Source of the DNA: Candidatus Shapirobacteria bacterium
GTDB taxonomy: Bacteria; Patescibacteriota; Microgenomatia; UBA12405
DNA length: 64,000 nucleotides
Direction: 5' to 3'
Assembly: GCA_028704635.1 (NCBI GenBank)
Contig: JAQWFB010000004.1
Coordinates: forward strand, 2,656 to 66,655
Shown here: positions 31,722-41,446 of the stretch, one piece after another
Layout of the letters: each line of letters begins with the position of its first letter
Position numbering within the stretch: position 1 is the first letter of the stretch
Program-made: the position numbers and the translations under genes
Notes under the pieces: generated by a model
What the model was told of the DNA's origin: nothing
The model's input: only the letters and a program-made list of their open reading frames with translations
Database searches by the model: none

Positions 31722-31994
31722 ATGTCTAGAAGTTCTAAAAAAGGTCCATATATCGATCCAAAGCTACTTGAAAAAATAGCTAAGGGTGGTAGTGAAGCCA
31801 TAAAAACTTGGGCTAGAAGAAGCCAAATCTCTCCCGAATTCATTGGGAAAAATTTTGAAGTCCACAACGGTAAAAAATTTATTAATGTCTATGTCACTGA
31901 AGATATGGTTGGTCATCGCTTAGGCGAATTTGCCGCTACCAGAACCTTTAAAGGCCACGGACGTGTTGTTAAAAGAGTTATTGCAAAAACGTAA
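31722..31994 (+). CDS. rpsS: 30S ribosomal protein S19
   Basis: [26 protein letters not shown]. Confidence 0.95.
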   Translation: MSRSSKKGPYIDPKLLEKIAKGGSEAIKTWARRSQISPEFIGKNFEVHNGKKFINVYVTEDMVGHRLGEFAATRTFKGHGRVVKRVIAKT

Positions 31995-31997
31995 ACT

Positions 31998-32489
31998 ATG
32001 GCTCAAGAAATTAAAAAAACTACTACTAAAGCTAAAATTGTTGAAACTAAAGTCGCTAAAACTAAAGTTTTAAAAGTTAAAGAAGCTGTAACCAAAGCGG
32101 TTTCACCAATCATTAAAGCTCCAAAAGTTAAAACATCAACACCAAACGTTGCCAAATATTTCAATAAAAATCTCATGATTTCTCCTCGAAAATTAAGACT
32201 TTTAGCCGATAATATTAGAAAAATGACTCCCGTCGAAGCATTAGGTAGACTTAAATTTACCAACACTAAAGCTGCTCGTATTATGATCAAGGCTCTTCAA
32301 AATGTAATTGCCGATGCTAAAAATAATTTCAATCTCGATACTAACTCTTTAAAATTCGATCTCCTTAAAGTTGATGAAGGTTTAAAAATCAAGAGAATGG
32401 ATAAAGCCCATGGTTCTCGATTTGCCCGAGGTCTCATTCAAAAAAGACACAGTCGACTAGTTATACATGTTAAAGGTAATCAAAAGTAA
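31998..32489 (+). CDS. rplV: 50S ribosomal protein L22 with ~45-aa Lys/Thr/Ala-rich N-terminal extension
   Basis: L22 core (ISPRKLRLLADNIRKMTPVEAL) preceded by a KTTTKAKIVETKVAKTKVLKVKEAVTKA extension. Confidence 0.85.
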   Translation: MAQEIKKTTTKAKIVETKVAKTKVLKVKEAVTKAVSPIIKAPKVKTSTPNVAKYFNKNLMISPRKLRLLADNIRKMTPVEALGRLKFTNTKAARIMIKALQNVIADAKNNFNLDTNSLKFDLLKVDEGLKIKRMDKAHGSRFARGLIQKRHSRLVIHVKGNQK

Positions 32490-32491
32490 TT

Positions 32492-33133
32492 ATGGGTCAA
32501 AAAATTAATCCAATTGGTTTTAGGTTAGAGACTGTTAAAAACAGTCCTCAATGGCAATCATCTTGGTACGCCAATGCCAAAAAGTATAGTATCTATCTCT
32601 TAGAAGACAAAAATATTCGAGATTTCCTCCAAAAGAAATTTAATTCTGCTGGTATCGTTTCTATTAGAATCGAGCGATCTGTCAAAAAAATTAAATTGAT
32701 TTTAGTCGTTTCCCGACCTGGTTTAGTCATTGGTCGTGGCGGTAAAGAATTAGAAACTATTAAAAAAGAAGTCCAAAGATTACTTTTTAAAGCTAGTGGT
32801 AAACAGGGTGTTGAGATTCAAGTTGAAGAATTCAAACATGCCGATCTTTCAGCCAAATTAGTTGCTGAAAAAATTGCTTTCCAATTAACAAAAAGAATGC
32901 CATATCGACGAATTGTCTTATCTGCTATGGAAAAAACAATTTCTTCAGGTGCTAAAGGTATTAAAATTGTTCTTTCTGGACGTATCAATGGTGCTGAAAT
33001 CGGTCGCCGAGAAAAATTTTCTCAAGGTACTGTTCCACTAAGTACTATTCGTTCTCATATTGACTATTATGAATGTCCATCGTTAACCAGATCAGGTTAC
33101 ATTGGTGTTAAAGTTTATTTATGTTTAGGCTAA
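32492..33133 (+). CDS. rpsC: 30S ribosomal protein S3
   Basis: MGQKINPIGFRL, KH domain GRGGKELE. Confidence 0.95.
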   Translation: MGQKINPIGFRLETVKNSPQWQSSWYANAKKYSIYLLEDKNIRDFLQKKFNSAGIVSIRIERSVKKIKLILVVSRPGLVIGRGGKELETIKKEVQRLLFKASGKQGVEIQVEEFKHADLSAKLVAEKIAFQLTKRMPYRRIVLSAMEKTISSGAKGIKIVLSGRINGAEIGRREKFSQGTVPLSTIRSHIDYYECPSLTRSGYIGVKVYLCLG

Positions 33134-33139
33134 AAAACT

Positions 33140-33541
33140 ATGTTACAACCAAGTAGAACTAAATATCGAAAACAATTCAGAGGTAAAATGAGAGGTCTCT
33201 CTAAAGGCAACTTAGTTGCTTTTGGTGAATATGGTCTCAAATCTCTTGATTGTAGTTGGATTACTGCCAACCAAATAGAAGCCGCTCGTCGTGCAATTGC
33301 TCATCATACAAAAAGAAATGGTCGTATTTGGATTAGAATCTTTCCAGATAAACCATTTACTGAAAAAGGTACAGGTACTATGGGAGCCGGAAAAGGTGAT
33401 GTCAAAGGTTATGTCGCCGTTATTAGACCAGGTCGAATTATGTTTGAAGTTTCTGGTGTTGCCGAAGTTGACGCCAAAGAAGCTTTAAAATTAGCCGCAG
33501 CTAAATTACCAGTTAAATGCAAAATCGTTAATCGAAAATAG
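33140..33541 (+). CDS. rplP: 50S ribosomal protein L16
   Basis: [15 protein letters not shown]. Confidence 0.95.
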   Translation: MLQPSRTKYRKQFRGKMRGLSKGNLVAFGEYGLKSLDCSWITANQIEAARRAIAHHTKRNGRIWIRIFPDKPFTEKGTGTMGAGKGDVKGYVAVIRPGRIMFEVSGVAEVDAKEALKLAAAKLPVKCKIVNRK

Positions 33542-33552
33542 GGGTAGATTTT

Positions 33553-33762
33553 ATGAAAAAAACTGATAAAATTTCCTACAGACAAAAAAGCACTGAGGAA
33601 CTATTAAAAAATCTTTTAGATCTTCGTAAAAAGTTTATTGAAGCCAAGGCCAAATCAGCCACTGGTAATCAAAAAGACACTTCTGTCTTCTCAAAAATTA
33701 AATACGAGATTGCTTTAATCTCGACTCTTATTCAAGAAAAGAAACATGATAAAGAAAACTAA
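33553..33762 (+). CDS. rpmC: 50S ribosomal protein L29
   Basis: Size and position; STEELLKNLLDLRKKFIEAK. Confidence 0.8.
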   Translation: MKKTDKISYRQKSTEELLKNLLDLRKKFIEAKAKSATGNQKDTSVFSKIKYEIALISTLIQEKKHDKEN

Positions 33763-34006
33763 TACTAATGGTAAAACATTTGAAGGTAGCGTCATTTCAG
33801 ATAAAATGACCAACACTATTGTCGTTTCTCTTGAATATACCAGAAGACATCCTCTTTATAAAAAAATTGTTAGAAAGCATAAAAACATTTACGCTGAAAA
33901 CAATTTATCAGCCAAAATAGGGGATAAAGTTAAAGTTCGAGAAACTCGACCTTTAAGTAAACTTAAAAGATTTACTACCTTAGCCATTACCAAAAAGTCT
34001 ATCTAA
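33746..34006 (+). CDS. rpsQ: 30S ribosomal protein S17
   Basis: GSVISDKMTNTIVVSLE, YKKIVRKHK; overlaps the rpmC end. Confidence 0.9.
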   Translation: MIKKTNTNGKTFEGSVISDKMTNTIVVSLEYTRRHPLYKKIVRKHKNIYAENNLSAKIGDKVKVRETRPLSKLKRFTTLAITKKSI

Positions 34007-34008
34007 CT

Positions 34009-34380
34009 ATGTCTGTCCAATTAAGAAGTATTATTAAACCAGCAGATAATTGTGGAGCTAAATCAGTCCAAGTTATCCATGTCTACAAAGGCCATTTCCA
34101 TAAGAAAGGCACTATTGGCGACACTGTCTTAGCTGTCGTTAAAACCGCCATTCCAAACGGTTTGGTTAAGAAAAAAGAAAAAGTTAAAATGGTTATCGTT
34201 CGTACCAAAAAAGAATTTGGTCGAGCTGATGGCTCTTACATTCGTTTCAACGACAACGCTGGTGTTATCATTGATTCTCAAAATAATCCACGAGGTACCA
34301 GAATCTTCGGACCAATTGCCCGTGAAATTAAAGATTTAGGTTTTAATAAAATTGCCTCCATGGCTAAAGAGGTTTACTAA
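34009..34380 (+). CDS. rplN: 50S ribosomal protein L14
   Basis: ADNCGAK...VIHV, RFNDNAGVII. Confidence 0.95.
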   Translation: MSVQLRSIIKPADNCGAKSVQVIHVYKGHFHKKGTIGDTVLAVVKTAIPNGLVKKKEKVKMVIVRTKKEFGRADGSYIRFNDNAGVIIDSQNNPRGTRIFGPIAREIKDLGFNKIASMAKEVY

Positions 34381-34382
34381 CT

Positions 34383-34709
34383 ATGAAAATATTAAAAGGC
34401 GACACCGTCAAAATTTTAATCGGAAAAGATAAAGGCCGTGAAGGTCTTGTTGTTAAAGCCATGCCTAAAAAAGATAAAATTGTTGTTCAAGGTATGAATT
34501 TGTACAAAAAGTGTATTAAACCTAGTCAAGGTAAACCTGGTTCTATTATTACCAAAGAAAGAGCCATGACTGTTTCCAAAGCCGCTGTAATTTGTCCAAA
34601 TTGTAAAAAAGCCATCCGAGTTGCTTACCAAATTGACAAAGCAGGTGAAAAATTCCGAATTTGTCGTAAATGTAAATCTATGTTAAATTCACCAGTCGTT
34701 AAAAAATAA
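34383..34709 (+). CDS. rplX: 50S ribosomal protein L24
   Basis: KOW motif KGDTVKILIGKDKGREGLV. Confidence 0.9.
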   Translation: MKILKGDTVKILIGKDKGREGLVVKAMPKKDKIVVQGMNLYKKCIKPSQGKPGSIITKERAMTVSKAAVICPNCKKAIRVAYQIDKAGEKFRICRKCKSMLNSPVVKK

Positions 34710-34711
34710 TT

Positions 34712-35251
34712 ATGTTAAAAACAATCATCGAAACCACTATTAAAGAAAATTTGATCAAAGCCACCTCGAAAGATCGTAACGTTTTTTCTTTACCAAAATT
34801 AAAAAAGGTTGTCATTAATTACCGTGTCGCTGATGCTCGTGAAAGCCAAGAATCGCTTATTGCTGCTACTGAAGAATTAGTTGCCATTACCGGTCAAAAA
34901 CCAAAACTTTGCAAAGCTAAAAAAGCCGTTTCGGCTTTTAAACTTAGAGAAAATGATCCTTTAGCTCTCAAAGTCACTCTTCGAGGAGTTCGAATGTATG
35001 ATTTTATTGAAAAATTATTCAATTTAGTTTTACCTCGACTTCGCGATTTCAAAGGTTTACCCGACACCGCTTTCGATTCTGAAGGTAATTATAATATGAC
35101 TATTAAAGATCAAACTTTTTTTCCTGAAATTAATCTTGATAAAATTAATAAAATCAGACCAGTGCAGATTACTATGAATATTAATGCCTCTTCAAAAGAG
35201 GAAGCAAAAATGTTATTATCAGCCCTAGGTTTTCCTTTTAAGAAAAATTAA
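34712..35251 (+). CDS. rplE: 50S ribosomal protein L5
   Basis: L5 family; position. Confidence 0.9.
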   Translation: MLKTIIETTIKENLIKATSKDRNVFSLPKLKKVVINYRVADARESQESLIAATEELVAITGQKPKLCKAKKAVSAFKLRENDPLALKVTLRGVRMYDFIEKLFNLVLPRLRDFKGLPDTAFDSEGNYNMTIKDQTFFPEINLDKINKIRPVQITMNINASSKEEAKMLLSALGFPFKKN

Positions 35252-35259
35252 AATAAATT

Positions 35260-35445
35260 ATGGCTACTAAAGCAAAAATTGTCAGAGAAGATAAAAAATT
35301 AAAATACAGTTGCCGACATCACAACCGATGTCACATTTGTGGTCGACCTCATGGTTTTATTCGTTTATTTGGTATCTGCCGACTTTGCTTCCGCAAATTA
35401 GCTCATGCTGGAATGCTTCCTGGCGTTAAAAAAGCTAGTTGGTAA
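35260..35445 (+). CDS. rpsZ: 30S ribosomal protein S14, type Z (zinc-ribbon)
   Basis: 61 aa with [26 protein letters not shown]. Confidence 0.9.
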   Translation: MATKAKIVREDKKLKYSCRHHNRCHICGRPHGFIRLFGICRLCFRKLAHAGMLPGVKKASW

Positions 35446-35452
35446 TAAAAAT

Positions 35453-35842
35453 ATGCATCAATCAACATCAATCGATTTTATAATTAGAATTAAAAATGGC
35501 TACCAAGCTGGCCGAAAAACTATTTTGGCTCCGGCTTCTAATTTTTGTGTGGCCATAGCCCAACTTTTAAAGAAAACTAAGTATATTGCTGATTTTACCG
35601 TTAATGGTGATGTCAAAAAAGAAATGACCATTAAATTGGCTTATGATAATAATGAACCTCGCGTCAGCGATGTCCGCTTATTTTCTAAACCAGGTCGTCG
35701 TATCTACGAAAAAAATTCTTCTCTTCCTTGGGGTAAAAGTCCCAAATCATTAATCATTGTTTCCACCTCCAGCGGAGTTATGTCTCAAAAAGAGGCTAAA
35801 GTCAAAGGTCTTGGTGGAGAAATTATTGCCGAAATCTGGTAA
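35453..35842 (+). CDS. rpsH: 30S ribosomal protein S8
   Basis: S8 family; the track ORF starts inside rpsZ, the ATG at 35453 (MHQSTSIDFIIRIKNG) is preferred. Confidence 0.85.
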   Translation: MHQSTSIDFIIRIKNGYQAGRKTILAPASNFCVAIAQLLKKTKYIADFTVNGDVKKEMTIKLAYDNNEPRVSDVRLFSKPGRRIYEKNSSLPWGKSPKSLIIVSTSSGVMSQKEAKVKGLGGEIIAEIW

Positions 35843-35848
35843 ACCATT

Positions 35849-36388
35849 ATGTCAAGAATAGGTAAACAATTAATAGATATCCCAACCGGAGTCACCGTCA
35901 TTGTTAATTCCAATGAGGTTACTGTTACTGGTCCAAAAGGTGAATTAAAATTAAACGTTGCTCCAAAAATTAACGTTGAAATTAAAGATAACCAAGTTTT
36001 CGTCACTCGCGTTTCTGAAGATAAAAAAACCAGATCTAACCATGGGACTACTCGTGCTCATATCAATAATATGATCAAAGGTGTTGTCACACCATGGGAA
36101 AAGACACTTGAAATTAAAGGTACCGGTTATAAAGCCGTATTAATGGGCAATAAAATCAGACTCAATGTCGGTTATATTCACCCAGTCGATATTGAAGCCC
36201 CAGTCGGTGTCACTTTTCAGGTTCCAGAAGATACTAAAGTTATTGTCTCTGGTTGCAATAAAACCGTTGTCGGTCAAGTTGCCAGCAATATTCGAAAAGT
36301 CAGAAAACCAGAACCCTACAAAGGCAAAGGTATTAGATACGCTGATGAATTTATTAAACTTAAAGCTGGTAAAAAAGCTAAAGCCTAA
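35849..36388 (+). CDS. rplF: 50S ribosomal protein L6
   Basis: [17 protein letters not shown]. Confidence 0.9.
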   Translation: MSRIGKQLIDIPTGVTVIVNSNEVTVTGPKGELKLNVAPKINVEIKDNQVFVTRVSEDKKTRSNHGTTRAHINNMIKGVVTPWEKTLEIKGTGYKAVLMGNKIRLNVGYIHPVDIEAPVGVTFQVPEDTKVIVSGCNKTVVGQVASNIRKVRKPEPYKGKGIRYADEFIKLKAGKKAKA

Positions 36389-36396
36389 AAAATAAT

Positions 36397-36741
36397 ATGA
36401 TTACACATAACCCAAAACAAAGAAGACAAAATCGAGTTAGAGCTAAATTAGCCCTAAATTTAGGTGTTCCTCGATTAACAGTTTTTAGAAGCAACCAACA
36501 TCTTTGGGCTCAAATCATTGACGATAAACATGGCCGAACTTTAGTTTCAGCTTCCACTAAGTCATTAAAATTAGACAAAGGCACTAAAACTGAAAAAGCC
36601 ACTGCTGTTGGTGAGCAAATTGCCACCATGGCCCTCGAAAAAAATATTTCTAAAGTTAGATTTGATCGTGGACTTTACCGTTACCATGGTCGTGTTAAAG
36701 CTCTGGCCGATGGAGCTCGTTCTAAAGGTTTAAACTTTTAA
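36397..36741 (+). CDS. rplR: 50S ribosomal protein L18
   Basis: [18 protein letters not shown]. Confidence 0.9.
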   Translation: MITHNPKQRRQNRVRAKLALNLGVPRLTVFRSNQHLWAQIIDDKHGRTLVSASTKSLKLDKGTKTEKATAVGEQIATMALEKNISKVRFDRGLYRYHGRVKALADGARSKGLNF

Positions 36742-36745
36742 TTAT

Positions 36746-37213
36746 ATGGATAATAATCAAAGATATCAAAAATATGAAAAACCAGTCAGTGAATTCACTG
36801 ATAAAGTTGTTCAAATCAAAAGAGTCTCTAAAAAAACTAAAGGTGGAAACCAAATTCATTTCACTGCTTTAGTTGTTTCTGGCGACAAAAAGAACCGAGT
36901 TGGTGTTGGTTTAGGTAAAGCTAAATCAGTTGCCGATGCCATTCAAAAAGGTATTAAAAAAGCTCAAAAAGGTTTAATTACTGTTCCAATTGTTGATGGT
37001 ACTATTTCTGGTGCCGTAACTCTAAAATTTAAAGGTGCTGTCGTCATGATTCGACCTGGTAAAAAAGGAAGTGGTCTTATCGCTGGTGGTCCAGTTCGAG
37101 CCGTAGTCGAATTGGCTGGTATTCATGATATAGTTTCTAAAATCGTCGGTTCTAAAAATAAATCAATTAATGTTTGGGCTGCTTTAAAAGCTCTTTCTAC
37201 CCTTAAAAAATAA
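36746..37213 (+). CDS. rpsE: 30S ribosomal protein S5
   Basis: VVQIKRVSKKTKGGNQIHFTALVVSGD; GSGLIAGGPVRAV. Confidence 0.9.
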   Translation: MDNNQRYQKYEKPVSEFTDKVVQIKRVSKKTKGGNQIHFTALVVSGDKKNRVGVGLGKAKSVADAIQKGIKKAQKGLITVPIVDGTISGAVTLKFKGAVVMIRPGKKGSGLIAGGPVRAVVELAGIHDIVSKIVGSKNKSINVWAALKALSTLKK

Positions 37214-37214
37214 T

Positions 37215-37664
37215 ATGGAAATCTTAACTAACTTAACTAAAATAACCTCAAAACCAGCTCGACGTTGTGGTCGTGGCATTGGTTCTGGTTTAGGTGGCCA
37301 CACTTCTGGTCGCGGTGCTAAAGGTCGCAACGCTCGTGGTAAAACTGCTTTAACTTTTGCTGGTACCAAAATTAAGAAATCATGGATCAAAAGACTTCCA
37401 TTTTTAAGAGGTAAACATCGTCTTCAAAATAGAAAAAATATTATTAACATCAATCTAACTCAAATTGATAAATGGTTTAAAGCCAATGAAGTTGTTGATA
37501 CAGCTTCGATTTCCAAAAAATCTAAAATAACTTTAAAAAAACTACATGCTGGTTTTAAAATTTTAGCTACGGGTGATGTCACTAAAGCTTTAACTATCAA
37601 AGGACTCGCTCTTTCCAAAGTTGCTAAAAACAAAATTATTGCAGCAGGTGGTAATATAGAGTAA
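37215..37664 (+). CDS. rplO: 50S ribosomal protein L15 (no L30 gene between S5 and L15)
   Basis: RRCGRGIGSGLGGHTSGRGAKG. Confidence 0.9.
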   Translation: MEILTNLTKITSKPARRCGRGIGSGLGGHTSGRGAKGRNARGKTALTFAGTKIKKSWIKRLPFLRGKHRLQNRKNIININLTQIDKWFKANEVVDTASISKKSKITLKKLHAGFKILATGDVTKALTIKGLALSKVAKNKIIAAGGNIE

Positions 37665-38944
37665 TGAATCTGATAGTTAAGTCGCTTCTTCTATATGTTG
37701 ATGGTCTAAAAACTCCTATCTTTAGGAAGAAATTTACCATTACTATTTTACTTTTGATTTTTTTTCGTCTTATTGCTCATATCCCAGTTCCTGGTGTTAA
37801 TTTAGTTCTCCTAAAACAATTCTTTTCCCAAAATCAACTATTATCATTATTAGATATTTTTTCTGGTGGAACTTTAGCTAATTTTTCTATCGCTGCTTTG
37901 GGTTTAAATCCTTACATCAACGCTTCTGTTATGATGCAGCTTTTAGCTCTAGTCATTCCTCAGCTTGAGGAGCTTCGTAAAGAAGGCGAATATGGTCGAG
38001 CTAAAATTAATCAATATACTCGCATTGCCACCATTCCTTTCGCTATCATCAACGGTATCGGTATGATTACTATTTTAAAATCCCAAAACATTATTACCGA
38101 TTTTTCTCCTTTAACTATTGTTGGTATGGTTTGTAGTATGTTGGCCGGTACTATGATTATGATTTTTCTAGGAGAAATGATTAATCTCTATGGAGTTGGT
38201 AATGGTATCTCTATGCTTATCTTTGCTGGTATCATTTGTCGACTGCCAATCATATTTTTTCAAACGATGACTACAACTGATTTTTCCAACCCTCAAAATA
38301 CTCTAAATATTTTTATGTTAGCTGTCATGGCACTAGCCCTAGTTTTTTGTATCGTTTTAGTCGAAGAAGCCATTCTACGTGTTCCTATAAATTATGCCAA
38401 ACGTGGTCAATCTACCTATCTTCCTATAAAAGTTAACACGGCCGGTGTCATGCCTATCATTTTTGCTGTTTCCCTTGCCACCATTCCTTCATTATTAGGT
38501 CAATTTTTAGGTAAAGTTCCAAATCATTTTATTGCCAATACTGCAGTTACTATTGGTAATCTTTTCGCCACTGATGGTTATATTTATATGGTTTTTTATT
38601 TTTTACTTGTTATGGGTTTCACTTTTTTCTATACTTCCGTTATTTTCAAACCAAAAGATATTGCTGACGAATTAAGAAAATCCGGTGGTTTTATTCCTGG
38701 TATCCGTCCTGGTATTTCTACTGAAAAACGTCTCAAATTTTTAATCAATCGAGTTATTGTTATTGGTTCAGTTTTCTTAGGGTTAATTGCCGTTTCTCCT
38801 TCTATTGTTCAAAAAATGACCGGTATCACTACCATTACTATTGGTGGAACCAGTGTTCTTATCGTTGTTGCTGTTATTATCGAGTTAACTCGAAAATTAG
38901 AAAATGTCGTTCAGGCCCAAAATTACGACAAGCTAAGTTATTAA
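37664..38944 (+). CDS. secY: Preprotein translocase subunit SecY
   Basis: 10-TM protein; GLNPYINASVMMQLL; position after rplO. Confidence 0.9.
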   Translation: MNLIVKSLLLYVDGLKTPIFRKKFTITILLLIFFRLIAHIPVPGVNLVLLKQFFSQNQLLSLLDIFSGGTLANFSIAALGLNPYINASVMMQLLALVIPQLEELRKEGEYGRAKINQYTRIATIPFAIINGIGMITILKSQNIITDFSPLTIVGMVCSMLAGTMIMIFLGEMINLYGVGNGISMLIFAGIICRLPIIFFQTMTTTDFSNPQNTLNIFMLAVMALALVFCIVLVEEAILRVPINYAKRGQSTYLPIKVNTAGVMPIIFAVSLATIPSLLGQFLGKVPNHFIANTAVTIGNLFATDGYIYMVFYFLLVMGFTFFYTSVIFKPKDIADELRKSGGFIPGIRPGISTEKRLKFLINRVIVIGSVFLGLIAVSPSIVQKMTGITTITIGGTSVLIVVAVIIELTRKLENVVQAQNYDKLSY

Positions 38945-38954
38945 TTTAAAAATT

Positions 38955-39536
38955 ATGTCTCTAAATTTATTCATAATTGGTCCATCAGGCTGTGGTAAAT
39001 CCACTCAGGCCAAATTAATTGCTCAAAAATACGGCCTTACTCATTTATCGATGGGCCAGCTTCTTCGCGATGAAATTGCGGCTGGTTCAGAAATTGGTTT
39101 AAAAGCCAAAACTATTGTTGATTCTGGAAATTTAGTTCCAGACGAAGTTGCATTCACTGTTTTAACCAGTAATTTGGCTAAAATTAATTATCAAAATTTC
39201 ATCATCGACGGTTTTCCCCGAATTTTAACCCAAGGTCAATTTATTGAAAACTTTCTATTAAACCAAAACCAACCATTAGATCAAATTATTCACCTTGATG
39301 TTACTTTTGAAGAAATTCAATCCCGCCGCGCCAGACTGGGGGATTCTTTTCAAGACCAAAGTCGCACCGACTCTACTCCTGAAGCTATCGCCGCTCGTCA
39401 AAAATTTTACGACGATAATAACGATTTAATAATGGATTATTTTCAATCCAAAAATCTTTTGTTCCGAACCGATGGTAATCGTCCAATTGATCCAATTTTT
39501 CAGGATATTTCTGATAAAATTGATAAACTTAAATAA
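38955..39536 (+). CDS. adk: Adenylate kinase (short form, no zinc lid)
   Basis: P-loop IIGPSGCGKSTQAK, LLRDEI, GFPR. Confidence 0.85.
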   Translation: MSLNLFIIGPSGCGKSTQAKLIAQKYGLTHLSMGQLLRDEIAAGSEIGLKAKTIVDSGNLVPDEVAFTVLTSNLAKINYQNFIIDGFPRILTQGQFIENFLLNQNQPLDQIIHLDVTFEEIQSRRARLGDSFQDQSRTDSTPEAIAARQKFYDDNNDLIMDYFQSKNLLFRTDGNRPIDPIFQDISDKIDKLK

Positions 39537-39566
39537 TTAAAATTTTAAATTAAAAATTAATAACAA

Positions 39567-39770
39567 ATGAAAGAACCAACTGTTAGAGGTCAAGTAACTG
39601 AAATCTTGCCTAATTCCCTATTTCGAGTTAAACTCGAAGGTGGCAACGAAATTATTGCTCATCTAGCCGGAAAACTTCGAATGCATCACATTCGAGTTAT
39701 GACTGGAGACAACGTTTCTTTAGTCCTCAGTCCAGAAGGAGAAAAAGGTAGAATTGTCTACCGAATATAA
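39567..39770 (+). CDS. infA: Translation initiation factor IF-1
   Basis: VRGQVTEILPNSLFRVKLEGGNEIIAHLAGKLRMHHIRV. Confidence 0.9.
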   Translation: MKEPTVRGQVTEILPNSLFRVKLEGGNEIIAHLAGKLRMHHIRVMTGDNVSLVLSPEGEKGRIVYRI

Positions 39771-39784
39771 ATTAAACTTACTCT

Positions 39785-39813
39785 TTGATATTGTTGCTTT
39801 TTTAGGTTACAAT
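39785..39813 (+). promoter_or_regulatory. Sigma70-like internal promoter upstream of rpmJ and the alpha operon (TTGATA, 17 nt spacer, TACAAT)
   Basis: TTGATA at 39785-39790, 17-nt spacer, TACAAT at 39808-39813, 14 nt before the rpmJ ATG. Confidence 0.45.
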
Positions 39814-39827
39814 ATCCAAGTTCCTAT

Positions 39828-39941
39828 ATGAAAGTAAAATCTAGTATTAAATGTCGATGTAAAAACTGTAAAATAGTTCTCCGCAGGGGGGCTCGACGTG
39901 TTATTTGTTCTACAAAAAGACATACCCAAAGACAGGGTTAA
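39828..39941 (+). CDS. rpmJ: 50S ribosomal protein L36 (37 aa; absent from the ORF track because under 60 aa)
   Basis: Translated by hand: [37 protein letters not shown]; C-x2-C...C-H zinc ribbon typical of L36; canonical position between infA and rpsM. Confidence 0.85.
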   Translation: MKVKSSIKCRCKNCKIVLRRGARRVICSTKRHTQRQG

Positions 39942-39947
39942 ATAAAT

Positions 39948-40367
39948 ATGAGAATTGTTGGTGTTGAAATTCCAGATCACGAAAGAGCCGAAATTGGTTT
40001 AACTCGTTTTTTTGGCATTGGTAGGACCAATGTTAAAGAATTGGCCAAAAAAGCCAAAATTGATTTAAATACCAGAATTAAAGATCTTTCTCGTGATGAT
40101 GTTTCCAGTTTAATGAAAGCCCTTGAATCATTTAAAGTCGAAGGTGATCTTAAAAAAGAAATTAGAGAAAGTATTGATCGTTTAAAAGCCATCAGAGCTT
40201 ATCGTGGCATTCGCCATATCGTTAGTCTTCCAGTTCGAGGTCAAAGAACTAAAACTAACGCTCGAACAAGAAAAGGTAAGAAAAAGACTGTTGGTTCATT
40301 AACTAAAGAAGCTTGGGCAAAAATTGAAGCTCAACAAAAAGCTGCTAGTAATAACAGTAATAAATAA
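39948..40367 (+). CDS. rpsM: 30S ribosomal protein S13
   Basis: MRIVGVEIPDHERAEIGLTRFFGIG. Confidence 0.9.
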   Translation: MRIVGVEIPDHERAEIGLTRFFGIGRTNVKELAKKAKIDLNTRIKDLSRDDVSSLMKALESFKVEGDLKKEIRESIDRLKAIRAYRGIRHIVSLPVRGQRTKTNARTRKGKKKTVGSLTKEAWAKIEAQQKAASNNSNK

Positions 40368-40378
40368 TTAATTTAAAA

Positions 40379-40789
40379 ATGGCAGAAAAAAATATTAAAA
40401 ACAAAAGCACTACCGCTAACAAAAAGAAAACTTTTAAAAATATTGCTGAAGGCCGACTTTATATTCAGTCAACTTTTAATAATACTATTGTTACTGTTAC
40501 TGACGGTAAAGGCAAAGCTCTTGCTTGGTCTAGTGCTGGAAATTGTGGTTTTAAAGGAGCTAGAAAATCAACTCCATTTGCCGCCACTACTGCCATTGAA
40601 AAGACCTTAGAAGAAGCAAAAAAGCATGGTGTTAAAAAATTAGCAGTTTATTTGAAAGGTCCAGGCTCAGGTCGAGATGCTGCTCTCAGATATCTCCGAA
40701 CTAAAAGAGATTTTGATGTCGACATGATCTCTGATGTCACTCCAGTCCCTCACAATGGTCCACGACCTCCAAAACAAAGAAGAGTTTAA
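40379..40789 (+). CDS. rpsK: 30S ribosomal protein S11
   Basis: IQSTFNNTIVTVTDGKGKALAWSSAG. Confidence 0.9.
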   Translation: MAEKNIKNKSTTANKKKTFKNIAEGRLYIQSTFNNTIVTVTDGKGKALAWSSAGNCGFKGARKSTPFAATTAIEKTLEEAKKHGVKKLAVYLKGPGSGRDAALRYLRTKRDFDVDMISDVTPVPHNGPRPPKQRRV

Positions 40790-40799
40790 CTAAAAAAAT

Positions 40800-41432
40800 A
40801 TGTCAAGAATTACTTTAAACACCAAATGTCGACTTTGTCGGGCTGCTGGTTCCAAACTTTATTTAAAAGGAGTTCGTTGCAACTCTTCAAAATGTCCAAT
40901 CGAAAAGAAAGGTGCAGTTAAGCCAGGTATGCACGGTGCCAAAGGTGGTAGTAAGCCTACTGATTATGGAATTCAGCTTCGTGCCAAACAAAAAGCTAAA
41001 AGAATTTACGCTGTTCAAGAAACTCAATTCAAAAATTATTATCTCAAAGCTAAAAAACTTAAAGGTTTGGTTGGTGATAATTTAATGATTCTTCTCGAAA
41101 GAAGATTGGATAATGTCCTTTACCAAGCTGGTTTAGTCTTATCTCGTTCTCTTTCAAAACAATTAATCAGTCATGGACACGTTTTAGTCAATGATAAAAA
41201 ATTAGATATTGCTTCTTATGAAACTAAAATCGGCGATGTCATCAGTTTTGATGACAAAACTGTTGCTTTCTACAAAGAAAACGTCCCCGCTGCTGAAAGC
41301 GATTTCAAAGCCCCTCAATGGCTTGATCTAAACAAAAAGAACTTTACTGTCAAAGTCATTTCCCTCCCAATTAGGGAAGAAATTGGCAATGACATTGATG
41401 TCAATTTAATAATTGAATATTATTCAAGATAA
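40800..41432 (+). CDS. rpsD: 30S ribosomal protein S4
   Basis: Zn-binding CRLCRAAGSKLYLKGVRCNSSKCP; S4 domain. Confidence 0.9.
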   Translation: MSRITLNTKCRLCRAAGSKLYLKGVRCNSSKCPIEKKGAVKPGMHGAKGGSKPTDYGIQLRAKQKAKRIYAVQETQFKNYYLKAKKLKGLVGDNLMILLERRLDNVLYQAGLVLSRSLSKQLISHGHVLVNDKKLDIASYETKIGDVISFDDKTVAFYKENVPAAESDFKAPQWLDLNKKNFTVKVISLPIREEIGNDIDVNLIIEYYSR

Positions 41433-41446
41433 TAAAAGGAGCTTCT